This document shows positions 22,832-34,755 of a DNA stretch of 64,000 nt, piece by piece. The first letter of the stretch is position 1, and each line of letters opens with the position of its first letter. The notes under the pieces are model-generated. The model did not search any database. It worked only from the letters and a program-made list of their open reading frames with translations, and had not been told where the DNA came from. The stretch comes from Pavona decussata (Eukaryota). The stretch lies in NCBI GenBank assembly GCA_977016875.1, contig CDRNST010000036.1, positions 5,890,001 through 5,954,000 on the forward strand, read 5' to 3'. The translations under genes were made by a program, and so were the position numbers.

Positions 22832-24510
22832 AAAACATAAACGGCGGTATCTTTTATATTTTACGCTGAGTGACATCGGCAGAATTAAAGCTCGGCTGGT
22901 AAAATAGTTATTTGCATTGAAAATAAAAGTAAAATTCGCATGAATGTTTTTAGTGAAAGGGGGATCTCAACAGACTATGTTGCCTTCCCTCGAGCGTTTG
23001 GAAGCAATGGCGTGTTTCTTTTTTCAACATAATTCCATTATCATTCAGTAGCTGGGCACATGGTTCTTTCTGGAAGCTATGTACAATTTAGGACAAATCA
23101 CGCAATGTAAACTGACCAGACGTACGCATGTAATTACTCGCATCAACTAAATGGCTTTATATAATTCTTTGTTATAACAATTTTTATAAGCCATCATGAT
23201 TTTTTTTTTCAAAAACCAGAGCTTTAATGTGCTGCTTTAAAAGACCCCCTGATGAGTCGCTTTTAGCGGTCCCCAGCGTTTTCTTACTGCTTTGTGTTAG
23301 AACTGTCGCAGTTCATATTTTGGTACTAGGGGCAAGCACTCTGTTTTTTCGGTTGGCAGGAATCGAGACGAGAAGTTTCAAATCAAACTGAGGATCGACT
23401 CACTTTCCTATCTAAGCCTTGCGAGAGTTTGCGCTGTCGAAAAAAAAAAATCCTCAATTTCTATCCTTTCAAATCTACTGATATTGTGTCAAGGATAGAT
23501 ATACATTGAATTTACGATTTTTTATCACTGGTGCACTGCTAGTAAGTTTAAAGTCTTAAACTTCTGAAGTCACGTGCATAGAACCGTTCATGTTTTGCGG
23601 GCCCTAGCTTCATTATAGCAATTATTAAGGAATATCCATCGATTTGCCGCGCTTAGCTTTTGAAGCTTTTCTTGCTTGTCTTTTCAAAGGTGCCGATTGG
23701 CTCTGCAGAGTTTCTTTTGTACGTAGTACAGACGAAAACGTCCCAACTGAACATTTAGTTTTTACTGACGGTTTTAATCGTTTATTTGCATTTTTCCCAA
23801 AGGTAACTGACAGTTTCTTTAACAGGTGAGCCTCGATTAAACATGACGCAGCATGACACGGCAACAACTGATTTACGAATGCAAAGTCGTTAAATTCGTA
23901 TATTTAATTCATATATCATTATGCATACGCTCTCAGTATAAATCATGAATTTACTCATGTGTTATCGCTGAAAATGGCCTATACGTAGTCTCTCCAATTT
24001 TGTTGAGAACCTTGCTGAATTCTTGGATCAGCGTGACCACATTTTGAAGAAGTTTTAGTGAGAATAATGGCTCAACTTTTGTGATATAATCGAAGAAGTT
24101 ACTGGGCGTGGCGCTATCACAAAGCGCTCATAAAGTACAAAATTCAGAATGATCAAGCGCCTACCTGTATGACTGAAAAAACTTTTCAAACGCGCTGAAA
24201 GTAATAAATATAATTTTTTGAAATAATTACAAGAAATCGATTCTTTGCAAACCTCGGACTGAACATAGGAACAGAGCTTTTTCTTACAATGACGTTAAGC
24301 TATGGTCAATGACCTTCCAGATTCTCTGGAACAGGCAGGCGAGAAATATTTCATTCTTCAAACGAGAGCTATCATCCAGTTCGGGCCTAACCCTTCATAC
24401 TGAGAATGCCCAATATTTTTTGTAAAGTTACTATCTTTTAATGTTCGGCTTCCATAGAAAACAGTTTCTTAAAGATACTGATTTTAACCGCGAGAGTAAA
24501 TAAAGTATAA

Positions 24511-24650
24511 TTCATTCATTCGTTCTGTCGTTCGTTCGTTCGTTCGCTTGCTCGCACGTTCGGTTCGGTTCGTTGGTTGGTTGGTTGGTTGGTTGGCTCG
24601 TTCGGTTCCAGTTCGCTCGTTCGGTTCGTTCGCTCATTCATTCATTCATT
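24511..24650. repeat. Compound tetranucleotide microsatellite (TTCA/TTCG/TTGG)
   Basis: Direct reading. Confidence 0.9.
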
Positions 24651-27600
24651 TTCGCCTTGCCGTAGTAAATACACATGGAACATCTAAATTAATTATTATT
24701 CCACCCACGTAACCGTACTGTGAGTATTTGACAACAAAACAAACTGTACGTGATCTGAATGAACGAAATTTTCAAATTTGTAGAGTTTTCGTGCGACTGC
24801 CGGTGACCGACTCAAATTAAATGTTGCCAGTTTACATTGTTGACTTGTTCGAAATTTAAAAAGGAAAATACAGGCGGGTTTTTTTCCATGAGATACTGAA
24901 TGCGACGAACGTTGATGTATTTTTGTCGAGTATTGTACCTACTTTATACGAGCAGCTTCCACACAATGGGATGCGGGCTTACTGATCAGTGAGCGATGCG
25001 TCTCTAGGCTTCGGTATCGACAGTAAGTAAAGGAAAGGACGGCGTGCACTGTTTTCCTACACTAGCACACGAGTTAGTCCACTTTCCCAGAAATGCTGTC
25101 TTGGTAGATACAGCTTACTGAATGAACGAAAGAACCTCCATCTCATAGGAAACGTTTGGTTCAGCTGGTCACAATCCGCCGCGTTGGGATGAGGCATTTT
25201 TTTTTTACCAAGAGCGAATCAGTTGAGACACGACAATGTTTAAACGAACCAGTCAAACAGTCAGTGTGGGAGTCTTGATCAAATTCAAGGTTTACGGGGA
25301 TTGTACTTTAAGCGGAAGTGAAGATTCTTCGATGAGATTTTGTATGAATGAACTATGCGGTATCAGGTGATGGTGGAGGGAACAAACCAAAAACCAGTGA
25401 AAAAAAAAAAACAGTAAATTGTGGAGGAAAATTGAACAAGACTCACCAGTATCTCAGACGAAGAGATGAGCAGTCTCTGGTCTTGCTCATTCAGCGTCGT
25501 ATGCATATGTTTTGAAATATTTCGTGATTTCCTTACATTTATACATCAAGCGTCATAAGGGGTTTACGATGGCATATCATTAACATTGACCTAGGAAGCG
25601 ATAGATAAACAATGAATTTTAAACGATTCGAGTTCCACGTTGTCGTCAAAGTTGTAATTACAGTGTATAGAGCTGACAGTCAAATCAAACGTAGTGCGTT
25701 TATTGAATGAAAGGGTTTTCAGTACAGCCAGAAATTTCGTGATTCGATTTGCACGAACTTTTTCCCATTGCAATAAAATTTCTATCCGAATTGTTTTCTG
25801 TTTTCGGTCATAAACATTTCCTCTATATCTCATTGTATCTAATACTCGTCTTAAAAATATCATAATATATGCATGATAGGAAAACATCAGGCCACAGACA
25901 TATGTAAATACAAGCCATGTGGACTCACTGTGGTCAATACGGCTAATTATTGCCCACCGCGCTAGTAAAAACGAAGAACCATTCGCTTATTCAATATTTT
26001 CTCGAGTATATGTAAGTGCATCCGCTGTTAACTGCTCCAAGGGAAAAAAGCCAAGCACATTTCATTCTTCATGACTCTCGTCACTAACTGAAAATTTGAT
26101 TGAGAATTTTTCATTGTTATGCTCTGTTCTTGAACACAAAGGTGCGGAGCGTTGTTCCCAAGCCTTCGAAAGAAATAAATTTACATACAACAGGAGCACT
26201 TCAGTTGAATCGGTTGTCTTTCAAGAGCAGCTATGAGCTAAACTGAAAACCCAGTGACGAATTACTTAGACTAAACAATCGGTACTTCGGAAATGAATCT
26301 GGAATTCGAAACAAGCTCTAACTACATTTTGTTTAAAGACCTACTACTACACATGCATAAGGAGCTTTCATACTAAATTTCCCGCGTCTTAAATATAATT
26401 CGTTTGGCTGAATTAAGCTTTGCCAAAAATCTGCGACCACACTAGCCGTTTCCTTTTAATTTTGTCACATGTCCAAAGAGCGATGCATATTTCATAGTTG
26501 TTCTCACCTTTAAAAGGGTTTTCGGAAGTCCTCTTTCTCAGTTTAGCGCTCATACGGTTTTATTGTGGACGAAATTTCAACAAGTAATTCTTTTCAAAAT
26601 GCAATTTATTCAATGTATAAGTGTTGGTAGATGGCGTCTATGTTGATGGTAGCCTAGTCATGCCCGCTCATCGCTTTGCGCGTAATATTTTCCCGCCAAA
26701 ACTCTGCCAGTCGCGTCAAATATGGAAATTTCGACTGTCTCGAAAACAAACATTAATAAAAGATCAAGCCTTAGAAGGCAATATTTTTTCGTTGTCCTGA
26801 CCCAATATTCAAAAACAAGAAATAATTACTAGGTGCGAAACTGGTCTTAGTGTTTAGTGTGTTTCTTTTATTCGGTAAAGATGCAACTTTCTTTTCCAAA
26901 ACGGTCCCCGGAACAGCTGAGTAAGCTAGCGCCATTGGTCAATAAACCCTCGTTGTGTCCATAAACTACAACGGGTGCTTGTTGATGTTTATCTCCAACC
27001 CCCTACTACGAAAAGTGAAGAAGGCCATACACACTATAAGTAAAAAGACACGTTTTTAAATTTCCCCCCGAAAAAAAAGAAAAAAAGAAAACAAGCGGCA
27101 TAAAATTACGTCAATCTCTACGGAAACCGGAGCACAAATTATTCGACAGCAGACATGAAACACAGCATGTTTTATCGCGCACGGCCTTTTTTTATTCTCA
27201 TAAGCAGGTGCCATCTGGTGCCATATTGGTAAAAAAATACCAAAGTAGTGATGTGTTATGGATAAACTGATGACAATATGCCTAGTTAGGTTTAGGATAG
27301 TCACTTTGACATCATAAATTTTACTAAATTTTCTGCTTATTAGTGAGTTGTCTCGGTTTGTAAATATAAATTGTCGTATGCAAGAAAGAACCCGTAAAGA
27401 GCTTCAAATTAATTTTAAGAAATGCAACGCACAGCTAAATTGTCAGTGTGTGTTGCAGAAAACCCAGGCGAAAAAATCTGCTTTAAAAACCATCGAGACA
27501 ACAGAGACGCAACTGCTGATAAGTAAATTAAAGGTATATCTCTCAGTTTTCTCTTGATCTCCTACACGAGCTCTTTGTTTTGGGATTTATACACATGACT

Positions 27601-30600
27601 GCCATTTAGTGAAAAATCACCGAGGTAGGTTTCTCTGACAAAAGAGTCAGAGAAAACGTAGGAGATTGCTGAGTCGACAGGTTGTTTGGTATACTTTTCC
27701 TACCATGGCACATTAAAAATCAATACTTTTATCAGAGGTAAAGAAAACGACGAAATGTTATTGTTCAAAAGAGTTGGTGTGAGTCTTGATTATTTACCTT
27801 ATCCGTATCTCCGAAACTACCAAGTCTGTAACTTAACTAAAACTTATCCTTACCTCAGTATTCGTTTTTTTCCGAGTGAGCCAAGAGAGCTATGCTGATA
27901 TGATGTAATGAAGCAGCCCTCCACGTGTTGCGTGATTATAAAGGAATTACATTTTCCGCATTTACGCCATGAGAGTAATTATAAGAGCCAATAGAAACGC
28001 AATTAAGGCATTGCACCACGACACGCTTGTTCTGAAATATACATATCTCCCATCGCCAAATCCTCCCCTGTGTACATTCCTGCCGTGCACGCTAGTTGTG
28101 AAACTGCGCAGTAGGCTTTTCTACGGTCCGTCATCAGTCAATTGTAGCAATGATTTACGAAATGAGAAAGAAGCTTCAACTTCACGCGAAAGTTCGACAT
28201 ATTACAGGATATTTGTGGTTGCGTGCTTCTTGGAATATGCGGCCAGGAGAGGTCATGATCTCTTTCAATAGGCATCAGGTCCTTCATTTCATCTTTCAGG
28301 GGGGTAAGGCGAGAATTTCAATTAAATTGTTCGAAAATAATGAAATTAGGGCCTTTGCGAAGACGAACGCCGGGGAATCATGAATAACTTTCCGAAAAAA
28401 TGAAGGCTTTAATCACGATTTTGTCACTTCGACTAATAGAAACAAACTTCTGACCAAGCTGTATCTTGAAATTTACTAAATTGTCCCTTTGCTCTGAATT
28501 CATTTAGCCGCAGTGGTAAGAACAGGTGAAAATGAATCGTCTATAGGCTTGGCGGATTCGACTTTTTGAGACATTTTCCAAAAACGAAAAGAAAAAAAAG
28601 GCCATGATATTCAATGTAAACTCGGTTCAAACATTGGGAGGTTCCTTGCACGGCGTTCAAAACAACTTCAAATTTAATTTATTTGAAAAGGAGAAAAGTT
28701 GAAATTGCCTAGGGCGAAGCGCCATTGGATTTCTTCAAGAGATAATGAATGGTCTCTGACAAGAATTTGAAGGTAGCAAACACTATTACAGTCAAATTTC
28801 ATTTTAGCCCGCTTGTTTTAGTGGGCATCTGGCACTTTGGAGTACAGATAAATGAGACTCCCTACTCAAAAGACTTAAATCGAATAGCGAAGGACACAAA
28901 CAAGTTTGTCATAAATAAATTAAACCTTTTCAGTAGGTTTGCTTATTTACATTACTTTCTGTTAAAAAAAATGGAAGAAAAAGAAGCAGTTGACAAAGCT
29001 TCGAGATCGCGTGTGCCCGGCTTCAATAGAAAAAAAAATCATGTGTTTTCCGCTCTGTTTTCGCGCACTTTTAAGCTTCTCATAAAAATAAAAGTGATTA
29101 AACCTGCATGTAGCCCGAAGCTATGTTTATAAAATCAATTCGCTGACTGTTTGTTCAAGGGATGCTCAATAAGCAGATGTGAGTATTTCAGCGTGTGGCC
29201 AAGAAACTGGCAAATCCCTCAGCTTGGAAATTAAAGGTGGGTAAAAACTGCCCCCTTTTAAAAATTAAAGAAACTCGGCTGAAAGGAAACGTTGCTAGGA
29301 TGTCGCTACGGACCAAAATAGCTTTTACTGTAGATAAACTGTGAAACAGCTAGAATGTTAAGAAGCTTACTTAGACGTGGGCTTTTGTGAAATCCGAATA
29401 GTCGACGAGAATAATTTAAATGCTGTTTGAAAGTAATTTCACTGCTGCTGTTTACAACTTTTCGTGCGCTGGCAATTTACCTGTAGCAAGATAATTACCT
29501 AAAATTGCTTTTAAGTCATTATTTTTGAATGACTATTTGCTTAGTGTTCTTTTTCTCCATAATGGCATTCTAAAACAATCTGTTTCTATATTAATGGGTG
29601 CTATTTTCATAATATGCTGCACGGAACGCTAGTATATTTTTTGTATACGAGAATGGCCTCAAAGAGAGGATTTTAAAAACGTCTAATTTAACTTCGTTTA
29701 AACTAAAATCGAGGCGGTGTTTAAAGCATATGTTTTCGAATTCATCGCATTCTCAGATGATAGGAGACGTTGCTCTTGTTTACAAAGCAAAGTTCAGTCT
29801 GAACATGAAAAGTGTCCGCCCACTGCGTGCTCGAAACAAAAGCAGTGGGGGCGGACCAGGGGGCCTGCACCACCGCACCCCCTTCATCTTTGATGCTGTC
29901 AATTTACTTAACATTCAAACAATCAAATATTCATTTGTCGTCTTCGTAAAATCCCGTATGGGAGTCTTAAAACTCCCCCTAGGGATGGGGTGCTAAGTAT
30001 TTTCGCAGGGCTACCGCCGAAAGTTTGTCGTTGATACCCATTTATACACCTGTGTGAAGAGAGAAAATGTTGAATGAAGTTTCTTGTCCAAGGAAATAAC
30101 TCAACAATTAAAGATCCTTGTTATAGAAATCTCTGGATCCCACTTGCTTTTTTTTTTTTTCGGAAGTGCCTGGAGGGAACAGTTTCACACGTACACGCAT
30201 AATTGAGATTCACATGCAAGATGCGTGGCGTGATGGATTACAATTTAAGGTTGTCATTACAAAGACTTGCGCAAAGAACAATCGTAAGAGTAGGAAACTG
30301 CCAACAGCAACGACTGGTTGAGCCTTCAGCCGGTTCTATAAAACTGTTCAAACGGTGTTCAGCATTGAGCTGTTGTCAGTGAATGAAAGTAGTGAGTAAA
30401 AACACGGATAAACAAATCAAGTCGAATTCTCCCTTAATCTGGACTTTTTTTTTATCTCTTTTGATTAAATACGTGCGTGAAATTCAAAAGTTAAAAATCT
30501 CAAATCCTCGACGGGAATCGAAGATTCTTTCCGCCCACCGCACTCCGTTTCGTTGGTCGTCTTTCGATCAATTTTTGGATGAATATGGGAACTATACAAG

Positions 30601-31095
30601 AAAAAGCCATCCTTGGCCAATAGTCTATTCGCACACCCATCACACAAGGCTTTTACACAACACTTTTAACATTTTTGAACATTGTTTCGTCTCAGTATCA
30701 TCAGCCGGTGTCACCTAAATCTTTACTGATGTTTTTGAGAATGATTCGTCTATAAACATAAGGCCACAAATGGCATAAACGTAAAGCCACACAATTATCC
30801 CAGCTGCCAAGTCTGATCAACAACATAACACATCAGTTGGATCTCTAAAAATCAACATTCGTACGATAGATAGATAGATAAATACGTTTATTTCAACAGG
30901 ATAACACTTTCGGTTGTGCGTTCCCAAAAACGGCTATCAATAGAGGCCCTATAAGGTTTATAGCGGAGGTATAATCGTTGCTGAAGTTCAAGCCGACTGA
31001 TAAATGTGACACTGGAAATCTAAAAAAAATTCTCTGTGAATCAAAACGTTATCAACTTCTGTAAATAGCTCAGCAGAAAATTGACAGTTATTTTA

Positions 31096-31462
31096 GGGGC
31101 TGTTTACATGGAGGGAGTAAAATCCTAGCACTTGGAAGATCCAAGAAGGCGGAACCTCTTTTCGTTTGGTTTATAGGCAGAAATTTCGGTCGGAGTAGTT
31201 ACCAAGTGGAGAAGGAAAAGAAGAAAAATTGTCGGCTTTTAGCAGCTAAACGCTCGGCTGCCGCCATATTTGTTCTTTGTTGTCCCTAGTACTAGGATCT
31301 TCCGAGCGAGAGTAGTTTACATGGAGCTAGGATCTTCCTAGTACTTAACAAGTACAACTTTTTGCATGTAAACTGAATACAGAAAACATATGGCGCTAAG
31401 ATGATCCGCCTTCTAGGATCTTCCTAGTACTAGGATCTTCCTCCCTCCATGTAAACAGCCCC
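31096..31462. mobile_element. PIF/Harbinger MITE, 367 bp
   Basis: ~55-bp TIRs beginning GGGGCTGTTTACATGGAGGGAG / CTCCCTCCATGTAAACAGCCCC. TTA TSD at 31093-31095 and 31463-31465. Confidence 0.9.
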
Positions 31463-32381
31463 TTAAATTGATGCCGTTCAATCGTCTGGGTTTGTGAGAT
31501 ATATTTAATGATCCCAAAACTTAGTGATCTGACATTTTTGATACGTTTAACTGCCTTCAAACAATCTTACTTGGCATCTCGGGGAAGGTTCTCGGAGAAT
31601 TTCGGGTCATTTCCGGAATTTACAAACGTGTTAGTTGATATTGAGGTGATAGAGTATGCCAGATAAAACAGTTCTGTAAATGATTGTGAGACACGTCGCT
31701 TCAGTAGAGTCATAATATTGGGAAATACATTGCGGCACACTCTCCAATTCTGCTTCCTCCTTGTGCCTCAGGGGGGAAGGGGTGGGAGATAGACACTAGA
31801 TTCCCGCCCTCCCGACACCGAGGATGTCCTTTCCTTAGTTGGATAACTTCTATTTCCACAGCTGAGATTCTATGACTTCATATGTGTGAAAAACAAGGTG
31901 CTGGTGGTCTAAACCTTGCAACTTGTTTTCATCCAAAGCGTGGCATTCGATTAAGTTATTAGCTTCTCTGTGTGAAAACAACGTTTCCGTTACCAGCATT
32001 GAAGTAAACACAAAACCGCCATGAATTCATCGTTTAAAAGGACTCATTGAATACTCGTATCTTTATTGCTCATGATACTGTACAAGAAAAGAAAGTCAAT
32101 ATATGAGTTTTAGTGTGTTAAAATTATTTACATTCAAACAGATTTTCCCTAAATGGTATAATGTACATTCTGTTCCTGACACTAAAATAAGGCAAGCCAA
32201 AGAATTATTTCTGAAAACAATATACAAAACGGATTAGCCTGTTGTTTTCATTGTTACTACATCAATTCGACGATACAATTTTAGGCAAAGACTTAAGGTT
32301 TTCACTAGGAAAACAAACTAAGGCAATTAAGGACAAGATAACCATCACAGTGTATCACAGTTTGCAGTGATGAAAGAACGG

Positions 32382-33011
32382 TTACACTTTGCGATCTGTT
32401 AGGGAATTTTCTTGAACGTTGTACGATTGCAACCAGGACGTACGACCAAAATTGTAGAAATGGTTACAGGTGCCAACAGAATCGAGGGCCCATGCAGGGT
32501 GGTAGTGAGGTGCAGTGTAGAAAATATGACACGAACAGAACCTAAGAGCACTAGGTTGAAAGCCGGGCGGAGGAGTACACTGCAAATTACCGCCAGAGTT
32601 GGAAGGAAGCCATACCAACGGTCTTCCTTCCGGTATTTGTGGCTCGATCACGGCCTTGACTGGAAAGTGTATTTTTTCCCCAGTCGTTTTGCGTTGGTGG
32701 CTTTTTGTGTAATGCCTTGAAGAGTCGATGACTTTCTTCTCAGGTCTTCGCTTAATTCTTTTAGAGTTGCGTCGCTTTGGTTGGTACTTGTACCCAGGGT
32801 TTTCCATCTTATGTTGCTCTGTAAGTCGCCTCGCTTCTTCCACGTACGGTTCTTTGTCTTCTTCAGAAAGTTTTCTCCAAGCTGCACCTAGAGCTTTGCT
32901 TACTTCAGCGTTGTTAATTCCAGGGTGCTCCTTAAGTATGTGGTAGCGCTTTTCTCTGCTCCAAACCATGAAACAGTTCATTGGTCTTTTAACGTGTGCT
33001 TCAGAGTCCAT
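32382..33011 (-). CDS. Sox: Sox-family HMG-box transcription factor, intronless, divergent (group uncertain)
   Basis: N-terminal HMG box HVKRPMNCFMVWSREKR...NNAEVSKALGAAWRKLSEEDKEPYVEEARRL..QH..ENPGYKYQPKRR. AATAAA (minus) at ~32062-32067. Confidence 0.93.
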   Translation of the reverse strand: MDSEAHVKRPMNCFMVWSREKRYHILKEHPGINNAEVSKALGAAWRKLSEEDKEPYVEEARRLTEQHKMENPGYKYQPKRRNSKRIKRRPEKKVIDSSRHYTKSHQRKTTGEKIHFPVKAVIEPQIPEGRPLVWLPSNSGGNLQCTPPPGFQPSALRFCSCHIFYTAPHYHPAWALDSVGTCNHFYNFGRTSWLQSYNVQENSLTDRKV

Positions 33012-33104
33012 AATTGCAGTTGCTTCTTAAACTTTGAAAGCTTTTTGAAGATTGCGCGCTGCCTCGCCAAATGTTATCCACAATGCTTGCTCGTACACAG
33101 TTTT

Positions 33105-33600
33105 CAAATGACGCCGCCCCATTTCTTGTCCTGCTACGCAAGGCTAATCAATTAAATTTGAACAAAGCAAATTAAGGACATATTAGTAGAAGGCAATCCG
33201 CAATCTCCCAAACAAAGTGGCACCAGAAACCACGAATTAATAAATTATTCACAGATTTCTAACTCGATTTAATTGAGGATGGAGCGATAAGCCAAGAAAC
33301 TCATTCCCACATATCCATATAGGCTCTTTCAGTGTATTCAAGGTTTGAATTGTCCCTTAACTCGTCTTGTTCCTCTTGAACTTCTCCATAAATCAGATGT
33401 GCCCCGCCATTTAACGGCTAATTGCCTTTCCGTGTCGCACCAGTTGGTTAGAATCAAAACAAAGTGCGGTCAATTGTTTGCTCAAAAAGGCGATTCGTTT
33501 TATTTGCATCGCTTGTCCAATAGACAAGGTTGTTTGGCCACTTTGTTTTTCAGCAGGTATCAGTCTATGTTTACAGTCTTTTTGACGCCAATAACTATTG
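33105..33600 (-). promoter_or_regulatory. Sox gene upstream region with clustered HMG-box (Sox/TCF-type) sites and an octamer
   Basis: AACAAAG at 33161, 33211 and 33458; CTTTGTT at 33541; ATTGTT at 33473; ATTTGCAT at 33502; GC-box-like GCCGCCCC at ~33113. Confidence 0.5.
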
Positions 33601-34369
33601 TCTATGAATTTCTTACCCCGCCTTTAATTCGAACCTGCACAAACGGCAGGTGAATAATTTGTTACGAGCAGAATTTGACCACGACATTGGATGCGATATA
33701 ACGAGTGCTATAAATACTAACAACAAAAAGAGATTTGTTAAAAGGTCAAAATAATCTGTTTCGTTTTGTCTAAGTGGTATTTTCAAAAGTGCGTTCCGTT
33801 ATTTAAAGCATCAATTTAACGCTGGTTGGTTTACAGGTGAAATAATCTCTCAAAAGCTACTTAACAATTATTCCACAAGCGCGCTTTGGATACAAGATGA
33901 TAGATAGCCAACGAGGCGCACGGCGCCGAGTTGGCTATAACCATCTCGTATCCAACAAGGACGAGTGGAATAATTGTTTTATTAAAAGCAACCACGAAAA
34001 ATTGCTAAATCTTGCTGATTTAGTGATATTTTCTTTTCCCCCTGACGCGTACTCTTGCCATATTTGTGGGGCATGCATTGTAGTCAAAACTGTGGGACTG
34101 CTTTATCCAATGGGTCAGTTTTTAATGTTAACAATTATTCAACGAAGTGGAGTTGGATAGCGGTGGATATTTACCTAAACCAGTGACAATAAATTGTTTT
34201 AGCATATAATCTAGCCAGTCGATAGCTAACCCCAACCAGTCACTTTATTTCCATGATAATACCAGGAGGTACTACCTAATCATGAATAACCTGAAATATC
34301 AGTATACACTGAACCAATGGACAGTGTCTTTCGTGTTCTCTTATTGGCTACTCAACATCGGGTAAAACA

Positions 34370-34755
34370 GGGGCCAGATTCACAAAGCCCTCCTAATGCT
34401 GCATTCACACCAAGGCTTAAACCCGTTTAAAAGCTGTCTAGTTAAAACACAGTTTAAAATTGCTTCCTTCACAAAAGCTGCTTTCGTATTTTTGTTGACT
34501 ACAGATTCAGCACAAGTGAAAGCATTAAGTTAATTATAAAAGTTTACTTGAATCCGGCTTTGTCAAAGCCAATGGTTCAGCTTTCTGTGTTACCAATTAT
34601 AATTTTGTTTCTACCTGGTGTGAATGAGACTTAAGTCAAAATGTGTCCTTAGTATTGTTTCCTGACACAAGTCTTTTGTTTGATTAACAATACCCTATCG
34701 TTGAGAAACAATAAATATCTTAACTTAGGATCGAGGAAATCGTGAATCTGGCCGC
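34370..34755. mobile_element. Harbinger-like MITE (same family as 4681-5670) with a nested MITE at 34397-34631
   Basis: Outer TIR GGGGCCAGATTCAC / GTGAATCTGGCCGC. Inner TIR core CATTCACACCA / TGGTGTGAATG with a TAA duplication (34394-34396, 34632-34634). Confidence 0.75.

Noticed and set aside
23249-23280. CTGATGA followed by a hairpin, as a possible hammerhead
   Set aside because: There is no GAAA or cleavage triplet after stem II.
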